From assembly GCA_027923505.1 (NCBI GenBank), contig BROI01000009.1, positions 744,001-808,000 of the forward strand: DNA of 64,000 bases, written 5' to 3'. Shown here piece by piece: positions 35,072-47,223 of this stretch. Numbering within the stretch: position 1 is the first letter of the stretch; the number at the start of each line of letters is the position of its first letter. Under the pieces are notes generated by a model. That model was not told the DNA's origin and did not search any database. It saw only the letters and a program-made list of their open reading frames with translations. A program made the translations under genes and the position numbers. The stretch is from Mayamaea pseudoterrestris. Its lineage: Eukaryota.

Positions 35072-35347
35072 GCTATAGATTGTAGAACAGGCTCCGAATG
35101 GGCAATGGGCAAGATACAAGATATTCGTTCCGTTTCATCGAGATGTGATTGGCGCGGCGGCAGCAGTTGCGTGTCGCAGTGGTTCGTTGTGAAACGCTAA
35201 ATTGAGTTTTCATTCCCGGATGCTTTTACGACCACAGCGAACGAGCCCGCGCCAAAATCTCGGCGAGGCGTCGCTCGTTCCAACCATCAACTTCAGCTGC
35301 GCGCTCTGCACCTTTCGATTGCCTCTTATCATCTACTGTTTTAAGTC

Positions 35348-36052
35348 ATGACTGTAGAAGACGATGAACTCATGTATGGCGATGGCTTTGCGATGAAATT
35401 GGAAAATGATGAAGACTTTATGCTTGCTTTCGAAAAGACTCTTGATGAATCCGGCGCTGTTGCTCGAAGCGACGCGTCCTCACCGGCCGCCGTTTCGCTG
35501 CAAGATTCTACTGCGGCGGCTGTGTTATCAGGTCGACTTCCCCTGTGCATGTACTTGACTTGCGACGACGATCATTTTACCAAGTTTCAGTGTCTCCTGC
35601 GAAGGCAGATTGAGTTCTTCGAAACAACCTCGTGCCCTTCTGTTTTGAATCCCAAGAAGCAAGGACGCAATCGACCGATTGTTCTTGGCCAAGTCGGTCT
35701 TCGATGCATGCACTGCCGCGTAAGTGTCATGCAGGAACTAGCCTCGCGGGGTGCCGTGTATTATCCGAGCACGCTGGATGGCATTTACCAGGCTGCACAA
35801 AACATGGCGACGCATCACTTTCTCGCCGATCAATGTCCGAATATACCAGCCTCTGTTAAACAGCAAATGATTGATGCGAATCAGAATCAAGAGAAGAAGA
35901 GCACCGGCGGCAAGCAAATGTGGGCAAAGAAAGCATGGGCTCTTGGAGTGCGCGAGGACACCATTGATGGAACGCTCCGCTTTCAAAGGTTGGATGATCG
36001 CATCGAGTCATTGCAAGAAATGTTTCAGGATGACTCCATTATGTCAGATTAA
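35348..36052 (+). CDS. Diatom-type uncharacterised Cys/His-motif protein
   Basis: QCLLRRQIEFF...GQVGLRCMHC...YYPSTLDGIYQAAQNM..HF...CP is the pattern of a large uncharacterised diatom family (recalled, not searched). Confidence 0.7.
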   Translation: MTVEDDELMYGDGFAMKLENDEDFMLAFEKTLDESGAVARSDASSPAAVSLQDSTAAAVLSGRLPLCMYLTCDDDHFTKFQCLLRRQIEFFETTSCPSVLNPKKQGRNRPIVLGQVGLRCMHCRVSVMQELASRGAVYYPSTLDGIYQAAQNMATHHFLADQCPNIPASVKQQMIDANQNQEKKSTGGKQMWAKKAWALGVREDTIDGTLRFQRLDDRIESLQEMFQDDSIMSD

Positions 36053-36386
36053 TGTACATCTGAATATATAAATCAAAAATATGCTGCCTTTCTTTCGTCC
36101 TTACAGTTAGTCAGTTACTGGTTAGAGTTACTCGTAATCGCGATTTTTCTGATCCAAACTGGTGATGTGCATTCGAAAGGCACACAATGCACACACGGGC
36201 ATCGGTTACCTGTTGTACGACATTGTAGATAGCTTCATCGGCGTTGTGTTTGTACTGTGGTTTACTAGATCCACCATGTTCATGAGCGCAGGATTGCCAA
36301 GCTCACCAACGATAATTGTTCAAAGAAATGCTGCACAATGCATCAGCCCTCAAGGTCAAAAGCGTTGATTTGTCGTTGCTTTGATA

Positions 36387-37952
36387 TCAAAGCGCATATC
36401 TGCCGCCTATACTCGTACAAAGCAGCTCGCGGCCTTGTTCGTACAGTGTTTGACCGACACTGGCGATTGGTCCACCGCCCAGACAAATTGCGCCAACGTA
36501 AAAAGCGGCAAACTGTCCCTTTGTCACGCCACGAACAGGCTCATCAAAGTCGACAATAAGCTCATCATGTGCTTGTGTCGCTCCTTCATTGTTGTAAACA
36601 AGGGTCGCGTCCATCAACGGTTGCAAATGCCGAATTCTGCATTGGATCCGCATTGTTCCATTCGCTTGCAGCGGCGCCGGTATGGCTCCTGCTACCCAAT
36701 GCATATTCTTAACAGTTAAGGACTCGGCAAAAAGCGCAGTGTGGTTTGTTCCAGCGCAAACAAAGACACGATTGCTGGACGCTGCATCATGTCCAGCCAC
36801 GAAGTACTTCTGCGCGCTACCTCCAATCTTGGCGCCTTGTCCAATCGTCCAAAGGCAGGCAAAGTCTGATTCCAAGGTCGTTCCTACAAGTGCATTGCTT
36901 TCAACGTCGACAAATTCAACACGATCCATTGCTGGCACTGGCAAGTATTCCTGCAAAAACCTTCGGAATCCGCCATGTCGCGTTCCAACAAAGCAAATGC
37001 CCACGCTGTCGCGCTTGGCGGCCGTCGGCAATTGATACGTTTGCGCCAATGCTCTGACACTCTGTGAGCCGACTTTTTTGTTCAAATGACCGAGTGGAAA
37101 AGACACATTTCGAAAGGAAGTGGCGCTGCAGGCTGCCAAGAAATATGTTTGGTCCTTGGAAGCATCAACGGCAGAAAGTAGCAATGGAGAGTCCTCGTTG
37201 TCATCTACCAACCATGGATTCTCGTTCAATGTTTCGATAACGTGTTCAGTCGTCTCATCCTCGTCTCCTGGTCGATACAGACGAGCGTAGTGCCCTGTGG
37301 CAAGTTGATAGCCATCATCTCCAAACTGCTGCGCGCACCAGTCGGTCAGAGCGCCAAACTTTACATGTTTGTTGCAGTCAATGTCGGGATTTCCCATGGT
37401 AAATGTATTGTTAAAGCTGCCTAAATTGTGTATTGCTGGGTCAGGCACATTTTCATTGTTGATTGCTGTACTAGTAGCATCAGACGCCGATAGTTGATCC
37501 ACAAATGGCTCCCAAACATTTATCCAGTATTCGCGCTCGAACGATAGTCGCTGAATATGAGGCAATGCCAAATGTTTTGCCACGGCTTGTGCATCCTTCC
37601 AATCCGCGTCAGAGCTACAAGAAACTGTTGGCGCCAATGAAGCGTCATCCTGCGCGTTCCAGTTGGACATGTGAATGGCGTGAATTTTGAAAGCGTTCGG
37701 TTGTTGTTGCTGCTGCTGCAGCATTACTTGACAGGCTGCAACGCTGCTATCAACACCGCCCGATAAGGCAATGACTGTTGTTTTTGATTCCCTGGTGGGA
37801 TTTGTTGCGCGTGAGAAACATGTTGCAAGTGTTCGATGGTGCAAACATGAACAGCATGCCGATGGCTCGATACGACGACGGCAGCGACGATGACCCTTTG
37901 CGAGCGAAATGACAGCATCAGCTCCCGCTACTGTTCTTCGTAATGCGATCAT
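36387..37952 (-). CDS. mnmA: tRNA-specific 2-thiouridylase MnmA/TRMU (organellar)
   Basis: ALSGGVDSSVAA, NPDIDCNKHVKFG, ATGHYAR, KDQTYFL, DSVGICFVG, TIGQG and GQFAAFY. Confidence 0.93.
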   Translation of the reverse strand: MIALRRTVAGADAVISLAKGHRRCRRRIEPSACCSCLHHRTLATCFSRATNPTRESKTTVIALSGGVDSSVAACQVMLQQQQQQPNAFKIHAIHMSNWNAQDDASLAPTVSCSSDADWKDAQAVAKHLALPHIQRLSFEREYWINVWEPFVDQLSASDATSTAINNENVPDPAIHNLGSFNNTFTMGNPDIDCNKHVKFGALTDWCAQQFGDDGYQLATGHYARLYRPGDEDETTEHVIETLNENPWLVDDNEDSPLLLSAVDASKDQTYFLAACSATSFRNVSFPLGHLNKKVGSQSVRALAQTYQLPTAAKRDSVGICFVGTRHGGFRRFLQEYLPVPAMDRVEFVDVESNALVGTTLESDFACLWTIGQGAKIGGSAQKYFVAGHDAASSNRVFVCAGTNHTALFAESLTVKNMHWVAGAIPAPLQANGTMRIQCRIRHLQPLMDATLVYNNEGATQAHDELIVDFDEPVRGVTKGQFAAFYVGAICLGGGPIASVGQTLYEQGRELLCTSIGGRYAL

Positions 37953-38029
37953 GATGACAGGCTTCCATGTATAAGCAAGTTGCTCCCTTTTTTTAATGAT
38001 CGGTCAAGCAACCAGAACGACGAGATCGC

Positions 38030-38257
38030 ACGAAACGAGTGCCAGTGAAAACTACGTCCCAAGGCAATAGTACGAAACGGGTGCCAGTGATAACTACGTC
38101 AAAAGGCAATAGTACGAAACGGGTGCCAGTGATAACTACGTCAAAAGGCAATAGTACGAAACGAGTGCCAGTGAAAACTGCGTCACAGGGCAATAGTATG
38201 AAACGAGTGCCAGTGAAAACTGCGTCACTGGGCAAAGGGTCGAAACGTGCGCCAGCG
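38030..38257 (-). repeat. 42-bp minisatellite array, locus B (5 full units plus a partial)
   Basis: On the + strand, units start at 38030, 38072, 38114, 38156 and 38198 (ACGAAACGAGTGCCAGTGAAAACTGCGTCACAAGGCAATAGT-like). This is the reverse complement of locus A. Confidence 0.95.
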
Positions 38258-38384
38258 TCGATTCGCAGTTGCGACCATGGGCTTCCCTTGCCAGTTGGGA
38301 CACTATTCAAGCTTGCATTTATAGCAACGACAAAAGCATGATAAGCCAGCCATTAAGAACTGCTATTTTACTTACTCATTTTCA

Positions 38385-39185
38385 TTATCCAAACATGTAC
38401 CACAAGGTAAAGCCCACGCAAGAAGCAATCACACCCGCGACAATCTTGTCGTCGCGCGATCGCTTTCGCCGAATCTGATCCACCAAATGGTTCAAACCGG
38501 GAATGTTAGTCGTCAATGTGCTCATGAGCGAGTTTGTTCCACGCAACGATCGACCCTGATGGTACAAATCGCTGCGAATTGAATCAGCTTGCCCAAGAAC
38601 ATTCGAGGCAGCGTTCATAGAATTTTCAATATGATTGCGTTCGCGAAGCAAATGGTCCATGGCTGGATCATGCGATCCGTTGCCTGCCAATGTGGAGCTA
38701 CTAGCAGCACCAGCCATGAGTTCCTGGCGTTCCTTGGTGCGGCGAACCGTCGCCGCGCACTTGTCAAAGTCGCCCTTGGAGTCAAGCAAGATTTCTCGAT
38801 ATCGCTTGACGGCGGCTTGATGCTGACTTGTTGAGGCCGACGCATTGAGACGACCGGAAATTAAATCTTGAAGGCGCTGAATGAGTCGTTGAATATCCGA
38901 CTGGAGGGTGGCCTCCTCATCCCAAAGAATCGATTGGCCTTCCTCGGCGCGAGCCAAGGAAAGGTTGGCATCCCACTGATTTAATTTTTGCGCCAACTGA
39001 CAAAATACAATGGATAGAAGCAAGATTAAAATTAACGTAGCAAGCGTATGCGATGCGATAAATCAAATGAGTTGCATGTACAGTAAAGTGTCGTAAAGAG
39101 TACTTACCTGTTGGTAGCGCGAAATCTTGTCCTCAAGCTGACGCTCCAGATTGGCGGCTTCGCGCTTCAATTGATCGAACGACAT
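38385..39185 (-). CDS. GOS1: Golgi SNARE GOS1/GOSR1 (copy 1)
   Basis: MSFDQLKREAANLERQLEDKISRY, intron 39107..38997, RYREIL, LLRERNHI, IPGLNHLVDQIRRKRSRD and a C-terminal TM. Confidence 0.88.
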
Positions 39186-39668
39186 GTCTCCGCCTTCCGA
39201 CGAATATTCACCGATGACTAGCGAGGATGAGGATGGTGGTGCCGATGAATGAGTCGTTTCCAGTCCTCGACGCTGGCGGAGGGCTTCCAAGTGACTCGTC
39301 GTGATGGTGGCGGTTCTTGTTGACGTTGACGCTTGTGCCTCACAATGGAAATTTGCGATAGTTCACGTGCGGAATGATGTTCTGCCTCTGTCTCACTAGC
39401 TTGCCAACTGACAGAGAGATCTATTTGCTAGTAAAGTTGGTAGCGAAGATGGAAAGGGGCGACTGCATGCATGATGATGCGATGACCATACCTTCCCTTG
39501 TCGTACCGGCAGCGACATTTCAGACGCGAAATGGGTCGTGCATCCCACGCGCAGTTCACATGAACCTGCTGAATCGACCCAATTGATGCCCAGGCAACTT
39601 TCTCCTTCCGTCGCTTCGTCGTCCAGATTACATATTGACCAAGCGAAAGATTCACAATACGTACGAAC

Positions 39669-41704
39669 ATGATGATGAAATCTTTTACGCTGCTGGTAGC
39701 GTTGCAGAATATATTTTGCAGCACAGCAACTGCATCGTCAGACGGGGCAGATGCCGTCTACAGACCGCCGCTGTTTACCCTCTCGGATCTTCGGAATGGC
39801 CATCGGCTGGATGAACTGCGTTCGGTTATGAGCACGACGGGTTTGCTGCAAGTCTCGTTGGAAGAAAGTGACGTATCATCAGCGGGACTGGAGGTTCTCT
39901 GTCAATGCTCGAGCGTACTGTCTAAGGTTCCTGGAGTTGACTCGGTTACTTTAGCCGACGATTCGACGAGACGAACCTCGCTAGGTACGGCGACGGTTGG
40001 GAGTCGACCATTGCCGCTGCCGGAGGAATTGAGTAATGTCTGCGGGTCGGATGCAGTGATTTCAATGGAAGCAATACGCGATGAAGTTGCACTTGCTGCC
40101 GATGTTTTTCAAGCGGCATGGGATGGATTACTGCAGAGCGATTCCTCGTCGTTTAGAAAGTCAATGCCATTGCTAAAGAATAAGAATGGAATTGTATACG
40201 AATCGATGCAGCAGATCTCGCAAGCTTCGACGCACTTGGAGCACTTTCATTTATATGCCAAGCTTGGCGAACAGCATGAACAAGAAGAGCCAGCCTTTGC
40301 CCTCGACTGGCACACTGACGCTGGCTTGTTTCTAGCCTTTGTTCCAGCGCATAGTTGCGATGTTGATGGTCCAGAAGATGACTCATTTTATATCATGGAT
40401 ACCTTTGATAATCATCGAAAGAATGTCAAGTTTCATCCCAACGCCGTTGCAATCATGCTCGGCACTGGAGCGGAACATTGGCTGAACAATACAGTTTTGC
40501 GACACAAGGCAGCCCGGCATGCGGTGCAAATGCGCCCAGGACAGTCCAGAGCGTGGTATGGAATGAGTAAGTTGCTAATTGGATTGCAGTAATAGTTTGT
40601 TGAACGTACAGAGTGAATGAAATTGACATGTCATCATTTGCTTCTTTGTGCACAGTGCACCTCGTACCAGATGGTGCTATAATTCAGTCATCTCCGGAAC
40701 AAACCTTTGGCGATATGAAACAGAGCATGCGATATAACAAGGATCGCGGTTATTTGGAATCAGAAGGCGTTTCGATTGGCTGTGGTAGTGAGAGTGTGGA
40801 ACCTCTCGACGCTGCGATACAGTCGCTCGAATCATCTTCGATCCAAAGCACTGACCGACGACGACTCCAGCACGTTCAAAACGCGGACGCCTGCAACAAC
40901 TCGACCAACTTCTTTTGCTGGATGCAGTGCCTCGAAGTACCCGACTTTAAGCAAGCCGAAGGCTATTTGCGGGAAGGGTATTCGCTGTATTGTTTAGATC
41001 CAGCCACACTGGCAGCTTCCAGCAACCGCGTGTCGGCCGCTGTGGAGCCTTGCCAAGACGGTTACGTCCACAACGCATACTGCACTGGTTCATGGCAACC
41101 AACCGCCCCGGGTGTGACTGCCATTCCAGTGGCGACAAATGCATCGTCGCCATCATTGACTAATGAGCAATGGTGCTACGGAGCAACTTCCATGTATATG
41201 GACGGCTTTCACTGGCGCAATAGTGTTTGTGTCATTTACTTGTTTCCGCAGTGGATATTGTCGACACCGGGCAAGGTTGTTGGAGCAAGCATTGGGACGT
41301 TGGCATTTGGCGTTGGTTTGGAAAAGACGATTCACCACCGCCGACTTGTAGTTACCTCCATGAAGGCTGGTTACTATCGATTAGCAGCGTCAGCCTTTCT
41401 ATACGCCTTTCAGTTGACCATGGGGTACTTGCTGATGCTCATTATTATGACATACTCTGGTCCATTGTTTCTTTGTGTAATACTTGGTTTGGTTGGCGGA
41501 CACGTCTTGTTCAACGCCAAGGACGCACTGCTGGTGCCAAAGGGCGACGTTTGCGCTGCCAGGGAATGCGCCGAGGAGTGTCCACAAGATTGCCGCACCG
41601 AAGATAGTGAAATAGTCAAGGGATGCCCATGCGAACAAATTGAGGAGAATCAACGTGCTGGTGTTCCGGAGGGGATTACTCCGTGCTGCCAGAATACCCT
41701 GTAG
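39669..41704 (+). CDS. CTR-family copper transporter fused to an N-terminal 2OG-Fe(II) oxygenase-like domain (copy 1, about 648 aa)
   Basis: Signal peptide, HTD (40311) and distal His (RHAV, 40518). Intron 40567..40655 (GTAAGT...CACAG) fuses the two ORFs in frame (AWYGM-M-HLVPD). The C-terminal part has MYMDGF, three TM segments, MLIIM (MxxxM) and GLVGG (GxxxG). Confidence 0.8.
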
Positions 41705-42192
41705 TTGGGAATATATATACATAGTTACTTTTAGAAGCGTTACCATACGATATGCTTGGTGTCTGACCCCTTGACTATCCAGTTAGCTACTCTATAGGAT
41801 GTTTACATGCCTGGACCTAAATGAGGCGACCATCGCCAAAGAAGTTACTCCTTCACAATCGTCTTCAACACTTCGCACCTCAGCTTTCGATCGTGCATGA
41901 GTCAACGTCGCACCGCTCGGCCAGTGCCGGCTTGCGCGCAAGGTCATCAACAGTCGTCGCAGCGACAAAAGGTCGTGCGAGCAGGCATGCAACTTCCAAG
42001 TCGAGCAGTTCTTGTCGATGCTGTTATAATAAGAGAGAAAGTGAGAGATTGATTGATACAGTTAACCTACTAGTGAACGCGGAAGCAGCAATCAGCCGAG
42101 TAATCAATCATTGCAGCTGCTGACTTGCTGTCCACTGATTGCCATACGCTATCGCTCGAGTCTACTTTTATCATCAACCAGATTAGACGACG

Positions 42193-44715
42193 ATGAAACT
42201 CCTAGACCGTCTCCGAGGAGGCAGCGCCAAGAAGGAAAGCAAATCAGACGAGTTATTGCTGCTGCAGCATCAACCAACAACAACATTTGAAGACATTCCT
42301 TCCTCGCCAGATACGTCGCCTGCAACAACCGAAGACTTGTCGCCGCGCAATCACCACGAGAATGGCGGAGAAACCGACGAAAGTTATCCAAAGAGTCCTA
42401 AAGAAGGCACAAGCGGCAAGCATCATAATCAGCAACAATTTTCCTGGGGTTTGCGACGGAAACGCAAGGATGAGTCGCCGGTGCAGCAGGATTTGGTTGG
42501 TTGCAATAGCAGGAATCTTAATCAACCAACACTGTCCGTTCCCAATACTCCGCAGAATCGCGACATTTACATTGAGGACGATCATGGCAGCCAGAAATCA
42601 CTGCTTCAGACACCATTGGATGATTCGGCTGCCTTGCCGCAGCAACGATCGTCTCATTTAAAGGCAAAGAATTTGTTTGTCTCGACGATTGCGCCGGTTG
42701 TGGAACTTCCGTCTACGAAAGCTGCTTCGGTGTTTGCGAGACTTGCTCATCCTGCGAGTCAAAAGTCGACAGATGCAACTGAAGACGAAACTTACGACGA
42801 AGCTGCTTGGGATTATGATTTAGACATCCCTCTGTTCGTCGATGAGGAAGACTTTCCGGTTATTCATCGCATTCTCATGATGCAGACACCCAAACGATTG
42901 GTGCTGCCTAAACCAAGCCCATCCAACTCGCACGAGCAGGACAGTGAGCGCAACATTGTAGCTCGCGCCGTGGCTGCTTTGGATAAGGCGGGTAATGACC
43001 TTTTTGCGCAAGGACGCTATGAAGATGCCTACCTGCGGTATGAGCGGGCGCTATTGTTGAAGAAGCGCACGTTGGAAGTGGACGAGCAAGAGAATGGGGA
43101 GCATGATGAACAATTAGTGCATGCCGCAAATGGCACGGGTAAATTAAATTCAGCTTCACTGAATACGATAAATGAACTGGAGCAGGCGCAAATGAATGCA
43201 AAGGCTGCCAATAGTAAGGAGCAAAAGGCGACGATTCTCGCATCGGTTGCCACTTCAATCAACAATATTACCTATATTAAGCAACGCACTGGACAAGCCA
43301 CGACGGAAGAAACAATGGCATCGTACTTGAAAAGTCTACAGATTAAGCGAGACATCTTGGGACCAGATCACTTGTCGGTTGGAAAAACGCTCAACAATAT
43401 TGGGAGCGTTTTTTACTTGAAGCGCGAGTACGAACCGGCGCTGACTGCCTACAAGGATGCATATCGCATTATGGAACAAGCGTTGGGTGTGGATCATTTG
43501 GATGTTGGCACGGTGGTGTCCAATGTTGGTGATGTTTACTTTGCACTGGGCGACAAGGCGCAAGCATTGGAGCATTATAATCGTGCGCTCGATGTACGAT
43601 GGTCCAAGTTGAAATCGCAGGACCAAAAGGTGGTACGGTTGATGCAGCAAGTAGCGCTGCTCGAGACGGGTGTGCAGCCGAGCATGGATGCTTTGGCCAA
43701 GGAAGGTGTGAGTGATCCTGCTGAAACTGAAGTAATTCGAGAAATGGAGCGGCACCAGATGTCAGTCTTTATCGAGGATATACAGAAGCTGCAAGAGGAA
43801 GTCAAGGACGATATGCGATATTTCGATTTGGCCGAGCGGCAGTTGGAGATCGACATGGTGAAGGACCGCATGCGCATTTTCCGGGAGATGCGCGAAATAT
43901 ACAATGCATCCGAAGATGATTTCAATATTGAGGATTCACTCCGCGAGTCAATGAAAATTATACCCGGTCTTGCCGCACAGTTGAAACGGGTGCAGAATCA
44001 CGAGTATGATGATGTATATCGCGAACCGCTGGACAATCCAGATGCCATTGATGAAGCTCCAGTTGTGCAAAGTGACGGCAAAGTGCAAATAGACTCTGCA
44101 ATTAATGGAATGTATTCGGGTGGTGACAAGGAATCAGAGACGACAAAAACTGACGATGCAATACAACCAGGCAGCGCATACAGCGAGATTGTTTTGGCTA
44201 CACCCCAAAAGGGTGCACCTTTGATGGAAGTGGCGTGTGGGATAGCAGAAACCGACAGACAGGTAGAAAATGAGCATCCGCAAACTATACCAATTCCTGT
44301 ATCAATGTCCGGAACCCTGCCGACACCAGAATCATCATTCGGAATGGGATCGGTGTTGCAGAACGCAAATGATGGTGTAAAAGGAGATGTTGCGACGACA
44401 CGATCTTCGGAGGATAGTTTAGTCAAAGCAAACACTTTGGAGGATCGCAAAGCGGCTTTGAACGATGTTAGAAATCGGTTGGATCGATTGAGACGGGAGA
44501 GAGATCAAAGAGTCACATGGGAGGTCAAGGAGCGCTTAGAAGCGAGTGAGCCTCCACAGGAGACGAAGCGGCGGTCTTACATGTTCCCCACAATTGCCTC
44601 TGCCGCGAAAGCAATGACGCCGAAGAAACTACGGAGAGTGCACAGCGGCTTCTATTGGAACAGAAAGAGTACTCCGAAAAATCAGCCTAGCATACCAACC
44701 ACGGCCGAGGAGTGA
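42193..44715 (+). CDS. TPR (kinesin light chain-like) protein (copy 1)
   Basis: GPDHLSVGKTLNNIGSVFY and GVDHLDVGTVVSNVGDVYF TPR units with disordered flanks. Confidence 0.85.
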   Translation: MKLLDRLRGGSAKKESKSDELLLLQHQPTTTFEDIPSSPDTSPATTEDLSPRNHHENGGETDESYPKSPKEGTSGKHHNQQQFSWGLRRKRKDESPVQQDLVGCNSRNLNQPTLSVPNTPQNRDIYIEDDHGSQKSLLQTPLDDSAALPQQRSSHLKAKNLFVSTIAPVVELPSTKAASVFARLAHPASQKSTDATEDETYDEAAWDYDLDIPLFVDEEDFPVIHRILMMQTPKRLVLPKPSPSNSHEQDSERNIVARAVAALDKAGNDLFAQGRYEDAYLRYERALLLKKRTLEVDEQENGEHDEQLVHAANGTGKLNSASLNTINELEQAQMNAKAANSKEQKATILASVATSINNITYIKQRTGQATTEETMASYLKSLQIKRDILGPDHLSVGKTLNNIGSVFYLKREYEPALTAYKDAYRIMEQALGVDHLDVGTVVSNVGDVYFALGDKAQALEHYNRALDVRWSKLKSQDQKVVRLMQQVALLETGVQPSMDALAKEGVSDPAETEVIREMERHQMSVFIEDIQKLQEEVKDDMRYFDLAERQLEIDMVKDRMRIFREMREIYNASEDDFNIEDSLRESMKIIPGLAAQLKRVQNHEYDDVYREPLDNPDAIDEAPVVQSDGKVQIDSAINGMYSGGDKESETTKTDDAIQPGSAYSEIVLATPQKGAPLMEVACGIAETDRQVENEHPQTIPIPVSMSGTLPTPESSFGMGSVLQNANDGVKGDVATTRSSEDSLVKANTLEDRKAALNDVRNRLDRLRRERDQRVTWEVKERLEASEPPQETKRRSYMFPTIASAAKAMTPKKLRRVHSGFYWNRKSTPKNQPSIPTTAEE

Positions 44716-44858
44716 AAAGCCAACAGTTATTGGGTCTTGTATATTATGTAGCACAGTCTTTTTATATCAAAACCTTGTGCAGCTTTTTAGTACGCTTCTT
44801 ATTAGATTGATATAATAGTATGTAAGGGAAGTTACGTCTGACTACCGGTCGCAACACG

Positions 44859-47063
44859 CTAATTGTTCCGACGGCGCTTACCTACGCGAGCAGCTACATC
44901 AACGTCGTCCGCCTTCCGTTTTGCCGGAAATCCAAGCATAGACGAAACTTTGTCAATTGTCCAACCAATCCAGCCAAGCTGCTCGTCGTTGGCAGTCTCT
45001 AGGGCGTGAAAATGTTCATCGAGGCTTACCACCTTTTCTTGTTTTGAGAAACGTGTCTGGAGCGCCTGCTTAATGATGTTGCCGTGATCCTGGAGTAGTG
45101 CGGCCGCATCATTACCGGTAGATCCGTTGCTGGACGCATCACGACGAACGACCGCCGCAACAATGAATGTAGTGTCGTCTACCCAGACAATGTTAAATTC
45201 AACTTTTCGTCCTGATGCATCTGACAAGTCAGAGCAGCAGCGAACAATATCACGTGTGGCAACTGAAGGGTCGATTCCGCTCACATGATAAGCTGCACTG
45301 GAGATCATTCCACGTTTGAGTGCATCAGCTAAAGAGTTCTGAAGATCCAATGTAAACATGGACATTTGAAAAATCTTGTTGCGGCCAAAGTACTCGCGTT
45401 GATCGCATGCGAGCGCCAGTGGGTATTCGCTGTCGCCTTGCAAATGCATCATGTCGCCAAGAATTGGATTGGAGTTCATCGCACCTTCAGACCGTTCCCG
45501 AACAATGTGCTTGCAAAGTCCAATGTAGATCGACCCAGTCATGAACGCGTCGTACGCCGCTTCGTGTTCCTGCTGTGAATCTTCTCGTGTTATAATGCTT
45601 TTCAACACCGATGGGTTTTCGCGAACCACGCCATTGTATAAGTTTGACAGATTAGTCTGCTCGTTTGTCCAAACAGCAGTGTGCTCCGTTGAGATCACCT
45701 TGGTATCGTAAACGACTGGGAAGTAGCTCGTGATCATTTCCTTGCAAACAGTGAGTGAGTCTGGGAGCGTCGGCGAAGCAAAGTGCGTCATGAGAAACAA
45801 GATATCCATAAACCCATTGTGAACAACAAGTGGCACTCTTCGTCCCTGCCACGCTGGTTCAACCGCATCAAAATCGACAGTGTCAAAGGATGGCGCAAAC
45901 AAGGGTGACTGCATCGAGAGCGGTGCACCGCGACATGCTCGCGACAGCGCTTCAAACACCCTCCACATGCCGACATTCAAAATCATCTTGCTCCAAGCCT
46001 CGCGCTGAAGTTTCACCTTGCGCTCCGCCTTTTCCAACTCGGAAAGACGCAACACGCGAATGTGCCCTCCTCCGCCATTTTCCAAAATCAAGTCGGGGTA
46101 CTCTCGCTCGATATTTTCGTACAGCGCCCGCCGCAAAAATGCATTGCAGGAGGGCAGCAATAGCGTCGTGGTAGACTGGTTGAACATTCCACCATTGTCG
46201 AGCCATTCTCGCAAGGTTGCCATGGTGGTCGCAAAAAATCGAACGTCATCCGTTCGAGTCAGTTCCACGGTACGGCGCAAGGTTTGCTCCACTGACTGGG
46301 ATGATCGCTTGGTTTGCTGTTGCTGCTGCTCCTCTTGGTGCTTGATTGCATAATCGGCAATGATTTGCTCTGCCCGGTCGCCTGTAACGTAATTAACGCC
46401 TTGCTTGGTCCACAGGTCAAAGCTCATATTGTGCTCGTTCAAAAAGGCAACGCTGGATGGATTGAGAACAACCTCTCTCGAAGCAGAAGCATCATCCCAG
46501 CGAGCTGACGACGACGGAAACATGTAAAAGTTGTAGGAGCGAACAGTCCATGTAGGTTCCGTAGCATCAATGGCTTGATTCGCCGATGGCAGAGTCTTGG
46601 CCGCAGCAGCAACAGCAGCTGCAACATCGTCCTCCATTTGTCCTTCCTCTTCCTCGTCATCGCTGGGCGCCTCTGCTTTGACCGGAGACGCCACTATATT
46701 CGAATGAAACAATGAAACTCCTAATTGTATAATGCTGTATCGTTCCGGCGCTCGTTTGAGGTCAGGATATGTAATTTTGGGCGGCAAATCTTTGCGGGGT
46801 GGACCACGACGTGATCCGTTTGGAACTTGAATACCTGTCATTTCCTCGTCAATCGCGACAAAAGCAGCCGTCTGCAAATGATGAATCAAATCATTCGATT
46901 GCTGTGGAAGCAGAATGTAGACAACAAGTGTAAGTTTACAGCAAAGTCGGACAATTACTGCAAGCGCAATTGTTCGTTCTAAAGTCATTGCATCAAATTT
47001 CATCGAGCACTAGCTGCAGCAACCTCATACCTCGATAAAATTCTCCTTGGTTACGTTCACCAT
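44859..47063 (-). CDS. PARN: CAF1-family poly(A)-specific ribonuclease (PARN-like) (copy 1)
   Basis: Exon 1 MVNVTKENFIE, intron 47030..46902, then AIDEEMTGI, IIQLGV, YNFYMFP, VHNGFMD, YDTK and HEAAYDAFMTG (DEDD nuclease). Confidence 0.9.
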
Positions 47064-47223
47064 CTTGTGCTGGCTGTATAGTCTACGACTATGGATGCAG
47101 GCAGGATTCTCAGATGTGAGTAGCGGGTCCAACCACTCCGCTTTGGATCGTCGCATCGAAAATCCTCCCGGGCTTACCGTTACGACTTGCCTAGGGGTAC
47201 TCTTTGTCAAACAGTATTTAATT

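Noticed and set aside
36100..36380. Possible extra exons or a small gene downstream of mnmA (GTAACC...CAG on the minus strand)
   Set aside because: No convincing frame or homology, and mnmA is already complete.
38030..38257. 42-bp repeats as a CRISPR array
   Set aside because: The units are contiguous with no unique spacers, there are no cas genes, and the context is eukaryotic.
37993..38341. ORFs with repeating 14-aa units (PCDAVFTGTRFILL / TKRVPVITTSKGNS); also at 8528, 47218 and 48108
   Set aside because: These are a by-product of the 42-bp (multiple of 3) minisatellite. They are open on both strands, mostly begin at non-ATG starts and show no sign of coding.
39669..41704. Two separate genes (307 aa and 363 aa)
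   Set aside because: A canonical GTAAGT...CAG intron joins them in frame, and the second ORF begins at a GTG inside that intron.
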